A program made the translations under genes and the position numbers. Below, one piece after another: positions 1-8,746 of a stretch of DNA of 64,000 bases. Source of the stretch: Rhizomicrobium sp. (lineage in GTDB: Bacteria; Pseudomonadota; Alphaproteobacteria; Micropepsales; Micropepsaceae); NCBI GenBank assembly GCA_050008635.1, contig JBEKMG010000009.1:28368-92367 (forward strand). Direction: 5' to 3'. Under the pieces are notes generated by a model, which saw nothing but the letters and a program-made list of their open reading frames with translations, was not told the DNA's origin and searched no databases. The stretch's first letter is position 1. Each line of letters begins with the position of its first letter.

Positions 1-2
1 CG

Positions 3-575
3 ATCCTGATCGCGGTTTCCGCCTTCGGCTTCGCGGTGTGGCCGGCGGTCGTTTTCGGCCCCAAGTACCTGCAGGACACGCTGCATTTCACGCCGCCGCA
101 AACCAGCTTGCTGATTGTTCTGGGTGGGCTTCTCGCCGTGATCTTCAACATTCTGGCGGGACGGCTCAGCGATAAAATCGGGCGCAAGAGCGTTACCATC
201 GCCACCGCTCTGATCGCGATGCTGTGCTACGGGACGTTCTACAGCGGGATTCACTGGCAGTACCTGGCCTTGATGTGGGTGCCGGGGTTCTTCGGATTCT
301 TGTGCTCCGACGCATTGATTGCGAGCTTATCCGCCGAGCTGTTTCCGACTGCCTATCGCGCCACGGTTTCGGGCTTGCGCTATCTGGTGGGGATTCTGTC
401 CGGTGCCGTCAGCCTGGCTTTGGAAGGCCCACTCTACGATCTGTTCCACGCGCACGGCCCGGCGCTGATGCTTTTGCTGGCGGCGATGCCGGTGGCGGCG
501 ATCGCGATCCTGCGCCTGCCCGAACCCGCCGGGCGGACCCTGGAAGACATCGCGGCCCAACCGGATAGGAAATAA
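3..575 (+). CDS. MFS transporter, C-terminal part (start lies before the window)
   Basis: Open frame from the window edge. Multiple TM segments, MFS loop motif GRLSDKIGRK, and ELFPTAYRAT motif. Confidence 0.85.
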   Translation: MLIAVSAFGFAVWPAVVFGPKYLQDTLHFTPPQTSLLIVLGGLLAVIFNILAGRLSDKIGRKSVTIATALIAMLCYGTFYSGIHWQYLALMWVPGFFGFLCSDALIASLSAELFPTAYRATVSGLRYLVGILSGAVSLALEGPLYDLFHAHGPALMLLLAAMPVAAIAILRLPEPAGRTLEDIAAQPDRK

Positions 576-624
576 AACCCCCATACCGCACTATTGACAA
601 TTGTTTTCTGATGATATTTTATAG

Positions 625-973
625 CTTCGAACACTGGATAGTTCGTTAGGGACGAGAACGCTCATTTCGAGAATGCTCGTTTGAGGCGAAATAGCCGGTG
701 TCTGTAAAGGTAGGCGGATCGGGTTTGCCGGGTTTTTCAGACCCTATTCCGCGATTGTAACTTCTGGTCTCTTCGAGACCGCTAACTAATGAAAGCAACG
801 TAGTCAGGAACCATCGGTCGCAAGCCACTGGTAGCCCGGATCAGAAAATCTGGTGGCCGAAACACCCTGACTTCGTTGGCATGCAAAACACTCTCGGAGT
901 TCCGAGGGGTGTTGCAGGTCGACGAAGTCAATGGACCCGCAACACCTAAAAATTAGGCGAGGTTGCGTGTCCA
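625..973 (+). ncRNA. Candidate structured non-coding RNA or long 5' leader, family unknown
   Basis: Consecutive hairpins with G-U pairs: 628-645, 651-681, 714-752, 766-780, 796-878 or alternatively 868-930, and 932-973. Upstream TTGACA at 594-599. No credible ORF. Strand assumed from G-U pairing and the downstream genes. Confidence 0.5.
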
Positions 974-1297
974 ATGAAATACTTGGTCGTCCACTACGAA
1001 TTTGAAGGCTTACGGTGCGATTTAGATTCTTCGGTGCCGCCCCCCGCTGTGCCTACGAGTGCAGTGAACTCAGTAGTCCTGATTTTTCTCGTCAGTTCGC
1101 TCGCGGCACTTTTCGGGACTGGAATCTACGGCATCGTCTTCAAAGACTATGTGCCAATCCTATGCGTTTGGGCCGTTTGTGGTCCGGTGCTAACGCCAAT
1201 TGTCAAACGCTATGTCGGGCCGTTTGATGGGTGGAACTTTGATGCTGGATCAATCGGGAAAAGTGGAATTCAAGCGGGTCCAAATCGACCTTCCTAA
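974..1297 (+). CDS. Small membrane protein with two predicted TM helices
   Basis: ORF with two hydrophobic stretches (VVLIFLVSSLAALFGTGIYGIVF; YVPILCVWAVCGPVLTPIV). Start codon uncertain. Confidence 0.55.
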   Translation: MKYLVVHYEFEGLRCDLDSSVPPPAVPTSAVNSVVLIFLVSSLAALFGTGIYGIVFKDYVPILCVWAVCGPVLTPIVKRYVGPFDGWNFDAGSIGKSGIQAGPNRPS

Positions 1298-1478
1298 ACG
1301 TGCATACGAGCGCCTAGTGAAGCTAAAGGGCGCAACAGAATCCTCTTCATATGCGGATGTCCTCAGAAACGCATTATCGATTTATGCAGCCATCGTTTCG
1401 ATTATGGATGGTGGCGGCGCAATAATGGTGAAACAACCAGACGGAAGCGTCGTGCCGGCATATTTCATTTCGCGGTAA
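1242..1478 (+). CDS. Ribbon-helix-helix (CopG-like) DNA-binding protein
   Basis: [35 protein letters not shown] has the alternating beta-strand plus two-helix RHH pattern. ATG at 1242 chosen within ORF 1200..1478. Confidence 0.65.
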   Translation: MLDQSGKVEFKRVQIDLPKRAYERLVKLKGATESSSYADVLRNALSIYAAIVSIMDGGGAIMVKQPDGSVVPAYFISR

Positions 1479-1552
1479 CCACCACGAAACTTGTGCGCCG
1501 AACCACGTGCCGCTTGCCCCCTCCCCCCGGCTTGCTTATAAGCCGGGTTTTG

Positions 1553-2524
1553 ATGAGCCCGGCCGACGCCGCCCTTCCGATCCTCAAAACCAGCCATCTG
1601 CTTGGCATCGAAGGCCTTTCGGTCGGCGAGATCACCGGCCTGCTCGATTTGGGTGACGAATACGTCACGCTCGGCCGCGCCAAAGAGAAGAAGTCGCCCC
1701 TGCTCAAGGGCCGCACGGTCATCAACCTGTTCTTCGAAGCCTCCACGCGCACCCAAAGCTCGTTCGAGCTGGCGGGCAAGCGGCTGGGCGCCGACGTGAT
1801 GAACATGTCGGTGCGTACCTCGTCGGTTTCCAAGGGCGAAACGCTGATCGACACGGCCACCACCCTCAATGCCATGCGCCCGGACATCCTCATCGTGCGC
1901 CATCAGGATTCGGGCGCGGCCGAGATGCTGGCGCGCAAGCTCGATTGCTGCGTGGTGAACGCCGGCGACGGCAGCCACGAACATCCGACGCAGGCCTTGC
2001 TCGACGCGCTTACCATCCGTCGGCGGCGGCGTTCTCTCGCAGGGCTGACGGTGGCGATTTGCGGCGACGTGGCGCACAGCCGCGTGGCGCGCTCCAACAT
2101 CCATCTGCTGTCGAAGATGGGTGCGCGGGTCCGCCTGATTGCGCCGCGCACCTTATTGCCCGCCGCGGCGGAGCGCTTCGGCGTCGAAATCTTCACCGAC
2201 ATGCGCGAAGGGCTGAATGGCGTGGACATCGTGATGATGCTGCGCCTGCAGATGGAGCGCATGACCGGTGCCTTCATCCCTTCCACCCGCGAATATTTCC
2301 GCTTCTGGGGGCTGGACCGCGAGAAGCTCGCCTTCGCCAAGCCGGGCGCGCTGGTGATGCATCCGGGGCCGATGAACCGCGGTGTGGAAATCGACTCCGC
2401 CGTCGCCGACGACATCGAAGTCAGCCTGATCCACGAACAGGTAGAGATGGGCGTCGCCATCCGCATGGCGGTGCTGGACGCGCTGTCGCGCGGGCTCTCG
2501 GCCGAGGGGCGCAACGCGCCATGA
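1553..2524 (+). CDS. pyrB: Aspartate carbamoyltransferase catalytic subunit
   Basis: Motifs [16 protein letters not shown] and HPGP; ATG at 1553. Confidence 0.97.
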   Translation: MSPADAALPILKTSHLLGIEGLSVGEITGLLDLGDEYVTLGRAKEKKSPLLKGRTVINLFFEASTRTQSSFELAGKRLGADVMNMSVRTSSVSKGETLIDTATTLNAMRPDILIVRHQDSGAAEMLARKLDCCVVNAGDGSHEHPTQALLDALTIRRRRRSLAGLTVAICGDVAHSRVARSNIHLLSKMGARVRLIAPRTLLPAAAERFGVEIFTDMREGLNGVDIVMMLRLQMERMTGAFIPSTREYFRFWGLDREKLAFAKPGALVMHPGPMNRGVEIDSAVADDIEVSLIHEQVEMGVAIRMAVLDALSRGLSAEGRNAP

Positions 2525-3831
2525 GCAACCGGCGAACCGTTTTCTGCAATGCGCGGCTGATCGATCCGGCCAGCGGACTGGACGCCAAGGGCGGGCTGCT
2601 GGTGGAAAATGGCAAGATCGCCGACATCGGTCCGCGCCTGTTCGGCGACACCGAGCGCAACGATCCCGAGACCGTCGACTGCAAGGGACTGGTGCTGGCG
2701 CCCGGCCTGATCGACATGCGCGTGTTCACCGGCGAGCCGGGCAGCGAACATCGCGAGACGCTGGAATCCGCCAGCCGCGCGGCCGCGGCGGGCGGCGTCA
2801 CCACCATCGTCGTCATGCCGAACACCGATCCGGTGATCGACGAGCCGTCGCTGGTGGATTTCATCCGCCGCCGGGCGCAGGCGACGGCTTCAGTGCGCGT
2901 CGCGCCAATGGCCGCGCTGACCCGCCATCTGGCGGGCGAAGTAATGACCGAGATGGGTCTGCTCAAGGAAGCGGGCGCAGTGGCGTTCACCGACGGCGAC
3001 CGCACCATCGCCAACACGCGCGTGCTGCGCCGGGCGCTGGCCTACGCCTCGACCTTCGGCGTGCTGGTGGTGGGCCATGCGGAAGATCCCGATCTCACCG
3101 AAGGCGCTTCGCTGACCGAAGGCGAATATGCGATGCGGCTGGGCCTTCCCGCCGCCCCCGCCGCCGCCGAGACGATGATCGTGGAGCGCGACATCCGCCT
3201 CGTGGAGCTGACCGGCGCGCGCTATCATTTCGGGCAGATTTCCTGCCGCGCCTCGCTGGAGGCGATTGCGGCGGCGAAAGGGCGCGGCCTGCCGATCACT
3301 TGCGGCGTCGCGGCCCATCATCTGGCGCTGAACGAGTTGGACGTCGGCCCCTACTACACCTTCATGAAAGTGAAGCCGCCGCTGCGCTCGGAAGCCGACC
3401 GCGCCGCGATGGTGGAAGGCGTCGCCTCCGGCGCCATCGACGTGATCGTCTCCAGCCATGATCCGCAGGCCGCCGACACCAAGCGCCAGCCGTTCGCTCA
3501 AGCCGCTTTCGGCGCGGTGGGACTGGAAACGCTGCTGCCCGTGGCGCTCGGCCTTTATCACGACGGCCGCGCCAGCCTTGACCATGTGCTGAAGGCGCTG
3601 ACGCAGACGCCCGCGTCCATCCTCGGGCTCAATGCGGGGACGCTGGCCAAGGGGGCGCCGGCGGACCTGGTGCTGATCGATCCGGATGCGCCCTTCGTCG
3701 TCGATCCCGACAAGCTTCATTCCCGTGCGCGCAACACGCCGTTCGAAGGCCGCAAGTTCCAGGGCCGGACGATGAAGACCTTCGTCGGCGGCGAATGCGT
3801 GTTCGACCGTTCCGCCGGGACCAGAAAATGA
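2521..3831 (+). CDS. pyrC: Dihydroorotase (or PyrC'-type)
   Basis: PGLIDM, PNTDP, KVKPPLR and SSHDP amidohydrolase motifs. Overlaps the pyrB stop (ATGA). The canonical HxH metal site reads MRV, so it may be the inactive structural type. Confidence 0.9.
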   Translation: MSNRRTVFCNARLIDPASGLDAKGGLLVENGKIADIGPRLFGDTERNDPETVDCKGLVLAPGLIDMRVFTGEPGSEHRETLESASRAAAAGGVTTIVVMPNTDPVIDEPSLVDFIRRRAQATASVRVAPMAALTRHLAGEVMTEMGLLKEAGAVAFTDGDRTIANTRVLRRALAYASTFGVLVVGHAEDPDLTEGASLTEGEYAMRLGLPAAPAAAETMIVERDIRLVELTGARYHFGQISCRASLEAIAAAKGRGLPITCGVAAHHLALNELDVGPYYTFMKVKPPLRSEADRAAMVEGVASGAIDVIVSSHDPQAADTKRQPFAQAAFGAVGLETLLPVALGLYHDGRASLDHVLKALTQTPASILGLNAGTLAKGAPADLVLIDPDAPFVVDPDKLHSRARNTPFEGRKFQGRTMKTFVGGECVFDRSAGTRK

Positions 3832-4448
3832 TAGCAAACGCGCAGATCGCTTGGCTTGGCGCGCTGTTGTGCCTGGCGCTCGGCTATCTGCTGGGCTCGA
3901 TTCCATTCGGCCTGATCGTCACGCGGCTCGCCGGCCTGGGCGACGTGCGCAAGATCGGCTCGGGCAACATCGGCGCCACCAATGTGTTGCGCACGGGCAA
4001 GAAATGGGCGGCCGCCCTTACCTTGCTGCTCGATGGCGGAAAAGGCGCGACAGCCGTCCTGATTGCACATACCTACTATGGAATCGAAGGCGGAGCGGTC
4101 GCCGGAATCGCCGCTGTCCTTGGCCATATCTTTCCCGTCTGGCTTCGCTTCAAGGGCGGCAAGGGCGTGGCGACGTTCGTCGGCGTGATGCTCGCCGCCT
4201 ATTGGCCGACCGGAGTGCTGGTGATCGCGACCTGGCTTGTCGTCGCCTACTTCTCGAAAATCTCGTCGTTGTCGGCCCTGGTCGCCGCCGCGCTGGCGCC
4301 TGCTTATACCATCGCATTTGGCCGCCTGAGCGAAGCCCTGCTGGCGTTTTTCCTCACGGTCGTGATCTTCATCACCCACCACGATAACCTCCATCGGCTC
4401 TGGCGCGGGGAAGAACCGCGCATCGGCGGCAGGAAGAACGAAGCCTGA
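3828..4448 (+). CDS. plsY: Glycerol-3-phosphate acyltransferase
   Basis: Motifs GSGNIGATN, GHIFP and GGKGVAT. Confidence 0.96.
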   Translation: MIANAQIAWLGALLCLALGYLLGSIPFGLIVTRLAGLGDVRKIGSGNIGATNVLRTGKKWAAALTLLLDGGKGATAVLIAHTYYGIEGGAVAGIAAVLGHIFPVWLRFKGGKGVATFVGVMLAAYWPTGVLVIATWLVVAYFSKISSLSALVAAALAPAYTIAFGRLSEALLAFFLTVVIFITHHDNLHRLWRGEEPRIGGRKNEA

Positions 4449-4450
4449 CG

Positions 4451-5020
4451 ATGCCGCACAATCTTTCGGACGGCGAACGGCGCGCCTGGCTCAGACTGGC
4501 GCATTCGCCCAATGTCGGCCCGGTCACCTTTGCGCAGTTGCTGGCACGCTTCGGTTCGGCGTCCGCCGCGCTTGAGGAAGTCCCGCGCCTAGTGCGCCGC
4601 GGCGGCGGCGATGCAACCACACTGCCGAGCGACGCCGACGCGCGCCGCGAGATCGACGCTCTGGCGAAACTCGGCGGCCGTCTGATCGCCTCGGTCGAAC
4701 CGGAGTTTCCGCGCGGATTAGCGGCCCTTGAAGCGCCGCCGCCCGTCATCGCCGTGCTCGGCCATGAGGCGCTTCTGGCGCGCGACATGATCGCCATCGT
4801 CGGCGCGCGCAATGCTTCGGCGTTGGGGCGCAAGCTGGCGGGCCGATTGGCCGCCGATCTGGGCGCCGCCGGCCTTGTCGTGGTCTCCGGCATGGCACGC
4901 GGCATCGACACCGCCGCGCACGAAGGCGCGCTGACGAGCGGCACCTGCGCGGTCGTCGCCGGCGGGATCGACATCGTCTATCCGCCGGAGAACGCAGAAC
5001 TTCGTATGGCTATGAATTAG
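4451..5020 (+). pseudogene. dprA: DNA-processing protein DprA, 3'-truncated (189 aa)
   Basis: N-terminal SAM region plus IAIVGARNAS, VVSGMARGIDTAAH and GGIDIVYPPEN. It then stops in AT-rich DNA; the C-terminal half is not found before topA. Confidence 0.8.
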
Positions 5021-5210
5021 CTGTGTTATTTTGAACGTTTTATTTTGGTGAATGATTGGTGAACATCATTTATCGATCAACGGTAGCGTGGATAAAAACT
5101 ATGTGTTGGCCTCTGAAGGGCCCTTCGGACACAGAGGACCGGCCAGAGAATAGATTCAACTATTGATAGCTGTCACGATAGGATTCGCCACATTTTAGAG
5201 GGATTCTAGG

Positions 5211-5477
5211 ATGTTTCGGAAGGCCATAGTTCTAGCCCTCTTCGGGATTCTTGCTCTTTCCGGTCCCGCCGTCGCCCGAGGGCACGGCGGCGGCCATTCG
5301 TACCATTCAAGCTACCACGCCAGTTCGCATTCCTCCTTCAGCGTTCGCCCCTACTACGGCGGAGGCCATCATACGATCAGCCACGGCGGATACTATGCGG
5401 GTGGTAGTGGTTCTTCGCACAAGGGCGGTCACTACGTGAATGCGAAAACGGGCAATCACTACGGACGGCACAAGTAA
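5211..5477 (+). CDS. Small secreted Gly/His/Ser/Tyr-rich protein
   Basis: Signal peptide (…SGPAVA) followed by a low-complexity G/H/S/Y tail. AGAGGGA SD-like sequence upstream. Confidence 0.65.
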   Translation: MFRKAIVLALFGILALSGPAVARGHGGGHSYHSSYHASSHSSFSVRPYYGGGHHTISHGGYYAGGSGSSHKGGHYVNAKTGNHYGRHK

Positions 5478-5628
5478 CACGCGACCGACGATTGGAGAGA
5501 TTAGTTTGCGGACGGCGCTTATCGTCACTCTGTTTTTCGTCGCGGCCACTTCGGCGCTCGGAGGTGTAAAGAATATGCAGCACGCCAGGCCCCAACGAAC
5601 CTTGGTGAAATGGAACCGGCCGGCAGGC

Positions 5629-5859
5629 TCACTCGGGCGGCAAGATCTCCTGGCTCTGGGCTTTGCTCAGCGCCTTCGCCTCCACCGCTGCTAGTTCCAG
5701 CAGATGGGCGAGCAGAATCTGCCTTTGTTGGAGCGCAATTTTCCTAAGAGAGTCGAGGGTATCTTTGGTGTACAGCGCCGTTTCGGCTGGCCCTAACTCT
5801 GGCTGGAGCGCGCCACTGCTTTGAAGCGGTATTGCCCTCATTGGTAGCATCCCGTTCAT
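5629..5859 (-). CDS. Small hypothetical helical protein
   Basis: ORF with amphipathic helical composition; no family recognised. Confidence 0.4.
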   Translation of the reverse strand: MNGMLPMRAIPLQSSGALQPELGPAETALYTKDTLDSLRKIALQQRQILLAHLLELAAVEAKALSKAQSQEILPPE

Positions 5860-6147
5860 AACTGTCCGATAAATAACGTATGGCTATTATATCACCACAG
5901 CAACCGTAGGTTAAGTTTGAAAAATATCCACACATCACAAATTGCGAATCACATGCAAAAAGGTGCCGATAGGGCGCCAACAAGAAGAAAATCGGTTGAC
6001 CGCACTCGATCCCACTCTAAATCACGCGTTGACACCGCTCCGCGGCTTACATCAGTGTCCGCCGACCCTAAGAGGCGCTGAGTTTGGCGGTTTTCGCGGT
6101 TCCCGGCCCTGCCGCGGGACCCGGAGGCCGCGTGAGCACCGTATCGC

Positions 6148-8745
6148 ATGAACGTTCTCGTTGTTGAATCCCCGGCCAAAGCCAAGACCATCAACAAGTA
6201 TCTGGGCCCCGGCTACAAAGTCCTCGCCAGCTTCGGCCATATCCGCGACCTCCCCTCCAAGGACGGTTCGGTCAAGCCGGACGACGATTTCGCCATGACC
6301 TGGCACGTCGACGAGCGCGCGCAAAAGCGCATCAACGAGATCGCCGACGCCGTCAAGCATGCCGACAAGCTGATCCTGGCTACCGACCCCGACCGCGAAG
6401 GCGAGGCAATTTCCTGGCACGTGCTGGAGGTCCTCCGGCAGAAGAAGGCGCTGGGCAAGGCCCATATCGAGCGCGTGGTGTTCAATGCCGTGACCAAGGC
6501 GGCCGTGCTCGAAGCCATCGCCAACCCGCGCGAGATTAATGGAGAACTGGTCGACGCTTATCTGGCGCGCCGCGCGCTCGATTATCTGGTGGGCTTCACC
6601 CTGTCGCCGGTGCTGTGGCGCAAGCTGCCCGGCGCGCGCTCGGCGGGGCGCGTGCAGTCGGTGGCGCTGAGACTGGTCTGCGAGCGCGAAATCGAGATCG
6701 AGCTATTTCGGGCCCAGGAATACTGGACCATCGACGCACAACTGCGCGCGCCGGCCGGCGGCTTCCCTGCAAGGCTCACCCATCTGGACGGCAAGAAGCT
6801 GGATAAGCTTTCGCTTGCCCACGAAGCCGACGCCAAGCGCGCGGTAGCGGCGATCGAGAAAAACCGGTTCGTCATCGGCAGCGTCGAGAGCAAACCGGTC
6901 AAGCGCCACCCCTCGCCACCCTTCATCACCTCGACGCTGCAACAGGAAGCTTCGCGCAAGCTGGGCTTCGCCGCCAAGCACACGATGCAGATCGCCCAAC
7001 AGCTTTACGAGGGCGTCGATGTGGGCGGCGAGTCGGTTGGCCTTATCACCTATATGCGTACCGACGGCGTGACGATGGACGGCGCCGCCGTCCACGAGGC
7101 GCGCGAGACGATAGGCCAACGCTACGGCAAGAAGTACGTGCCGCACGTCCCGCGCGCCTATTCCAGCAAGGTCAAGAACGCGCAGGAAGCGCACGAAGCC
7201 ATCCGTCCCACGAGCTTCTCTCGCGCGCCCGACACCGTGTCGCGCCATCTCGATTCCGACCAGGCGCGGCTCTACGAGCTGATCTGGAAGCGCGCCATCG
7301 CCAGCCAGATGGAAAGCGCGGAGCTGGAGCGCACCACCGTTGACGTCGTCTCCGCCGACCGGCAGATCACGCTGCGCGCGACCGGCACGGTGACCTTGTT
7401 CGACGGCTTCCTCACCCTTTACCAGGAAGGCCACGACGACGAGGTGGATGAAAACAGCGCCAAGCTGCCGCGTGTGGCGGCCGGCGACGCCGCCGAGATC
7501 GAAAAGATCCTGCCGGCGCAGCATTTCACCGAACCGCCGCCGCGCTATTCCGAAGCCAGCCTGGTGCACAAGCTGGAGGAACTGGGCATCGGCCGGCCTT
7601 CCACCTATGCCACCATTCTGTCGGTGCTGCGCGACCGCCTCTATGTGCGCATGGACCGCGGGCGCTTCATTCCGGAAGACAAAGGCCGGCTCGTCACCGC
7701 GTTTCTCACCAGCTTCTTCCGCCATTATGTCGAATACGGCTTCACCGCCGACCTTGAAGAGAAGCTCGACGAGGTTTCCGCCGGCGAGCTCGACTGGAAA
7801 CAGCTGCTGCGCGATTTCTGGACGCATTTCTCCGCGGCCGTCGCCGAAACCAAGGACCTGAAAATCTCCCAGGTCATCACCGAAATCGATGGGATTCTCG
7901 GCCCGCACATCTTTCCGGCTAGCGACAACGGCGGCGATCCGCGCGTCTGTCCGACCTGCGGCACCGGCCGGCTGAGCCTGAAGCTCGGCAAGTTCGGCGC
8001 CTTCGTCGGCTGCTCGAACTATCCCGAATGCCGCTACACGCGCCAGCTCGGCCAGAAGCCGGGCGAAGGCAATGGCGAACCACGCGTGCTCGGCACCTTA
8101 CCCGAGACCGGCGAAGAGATCACACTGCGCAGCGGCCGCTTTGGGCCCTACGTACAGCTCGGCAGCGGCGACAAGCCCAAGCGTGGCAGCCTTCCCAAAG
8201 GCACCGATGCGGCGAACGTCGATCTGGAACTGGCCATCAGGCTGCTCTCCCTGCCGCGCGAAATCGGCAAGCATCCCGAAAGCGGCGAAACGATCACGGC
8301 GAATTTCGGCCGCTACGGACCTTACGTCGCCCATAACGGGCAATATGCCTCGCTGGAAACGCCGGAAGACGTCTTCACCGTCGGTCTCAACCGGGCGGTC
8401 ACGCTGCTGGCGGAGAAAAAGGCGCGCGGCGGCGCCCGGCGCGGCGGGCCGGAGCCGCTGAAGAAACTGGGCGCCGATCCGAACAGCGGGGCGACGGTCA
8501 AGCTGATGCGCGGACGCTTCGGTCCCTACGTGACGGACGGTTCCGTCAACGCGACGGTTCCCAAGGGCAGCGATCCGCTCGCGCTCACGCTCGAGGAAGC
8601 GCTGACGCTGATCGCCGAGCGCGCGGCCAAAGGCCCGTCGAAGAAAGACGGCAAGGTCCAAAAGGCGGCGAAGGCGAAGCCGGAAAAGGCCCCACCCAAG
8701 AAGAAAACCGCCAAGCGCAAACCCGCGCCGGTGGCCGGCGAATAA
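6148..8745 (+). CDS. topA: DNA topoisomerase I
   Basis: VVESPAKAKTI, ATDPDREGE, SAGRVQS and catalytic ITYMRTD; zinc ribbon; C-terminal repeats. Confidence 0.98.
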   Translation: MNVLVVESPAKAKTINKYLGPGYKVLASFGHIRDLPSKDGSVKPDDDFAMTWHVDERAQKRINEIADAVKHADKLILATDPDREGEAISWHVLEVLRQKKALGKAHIERVVFNAVTKAAVLEAIANPREINGELVDAYLARRALDYLVGFTLSPVLWRKLPGARSAGRVQSVALRLVCEREIEIELFRAQEYWTIDAQLRAPAGGFPARLTHLDGKKLDKLSLAHEADAKRAVAAIEKNRFVIGSVESKPVKRHPSPPFITSTLQQEASRKLGFAAKHTMQIAQQLYEGVDVGGESVGLITYMRTDGVTMDGAAVHEARETIGQRYGKKYVPHVPRAYSSKVKNAQEAHEAIRPTSFSRAPDTVSRHLDSDQARLYELIWKRAIASQMESAELERTTVDVVSADRQITLRATGTVTLFDGFLTLYQEGHDDEVDENSAKLPRVAAGDAAEIEKILPAQHFTEPPPRYSEASLVHKLEELGIGRPSTYATILSVLRDRLYVRMDRGRFIPEDKGRLVTAFLTSFFRHYVEYGFTADLEEKLDEVSAGELDWKQLLRDFWTHFSAAVAETKDLKISQVITEIDGILGPHIFPASDNGGDPRVCPTCGTGRLSLKLGKFGAFVGCSNYPECRYTRQLGQKPGEGNGEPRVLGTLPETGEEITLRSGRFGPYVQLGSGDKPKRGSLPKGTDAANVDLELAIRLLSLPREIGKHPESGETITANFGRYGPYVAHNGQYASLETPEDVFTVGLNRAVTLLAEKKARGGARRGGPEPLKKLGADPNSGATVKLMRGRFGPYVTDGSVNATVPKGSDPLALTLEEALTLIAERAAKGPSKKDGKVQKAAKAKPEKAPPKKKTAKRKPAPVAGE

Positions 8746-8746
8746 C

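Noticed and set aside
735-850. Twister-ribozyme-like strings (TAA-TGAAA-GC at 787-796, GTCGCAAGCC at 817-826, TTTCA-GA at 735-741)
   Set aside because: The T1 pseudoknot partner (GCGA/GCGG directly after GA) and a clean P4 are not in the required register. It needs an Infernal search, so no ribozyme is called.
697-866. Hammerhead-like GGTGTC / GAAACACC pairing
   Set aside because: No CTGANGA core correctly placed before stem II; the nearest is CTAATGA about 65 nt away.
625-973. Retron msr-msd or group I/II intron interpretation
   Set aside because: No reverse transcriptase nearby, no convincing a1/a2 repeats, no domain V or P7 signature.
5440-5694. ORF with a short hydrophobic stretch
   Set aside because: Overlaps both neighbouring ORFs, has no clear SD or start, and no recognisable family.
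5087-5932. Two one-mismatch DnaA-box-like 9-mers (5087-5095, 5924-5932)
   Set aside because: Isolated, 0.8 kb apart in AT-rich DNA; compatible with chance.
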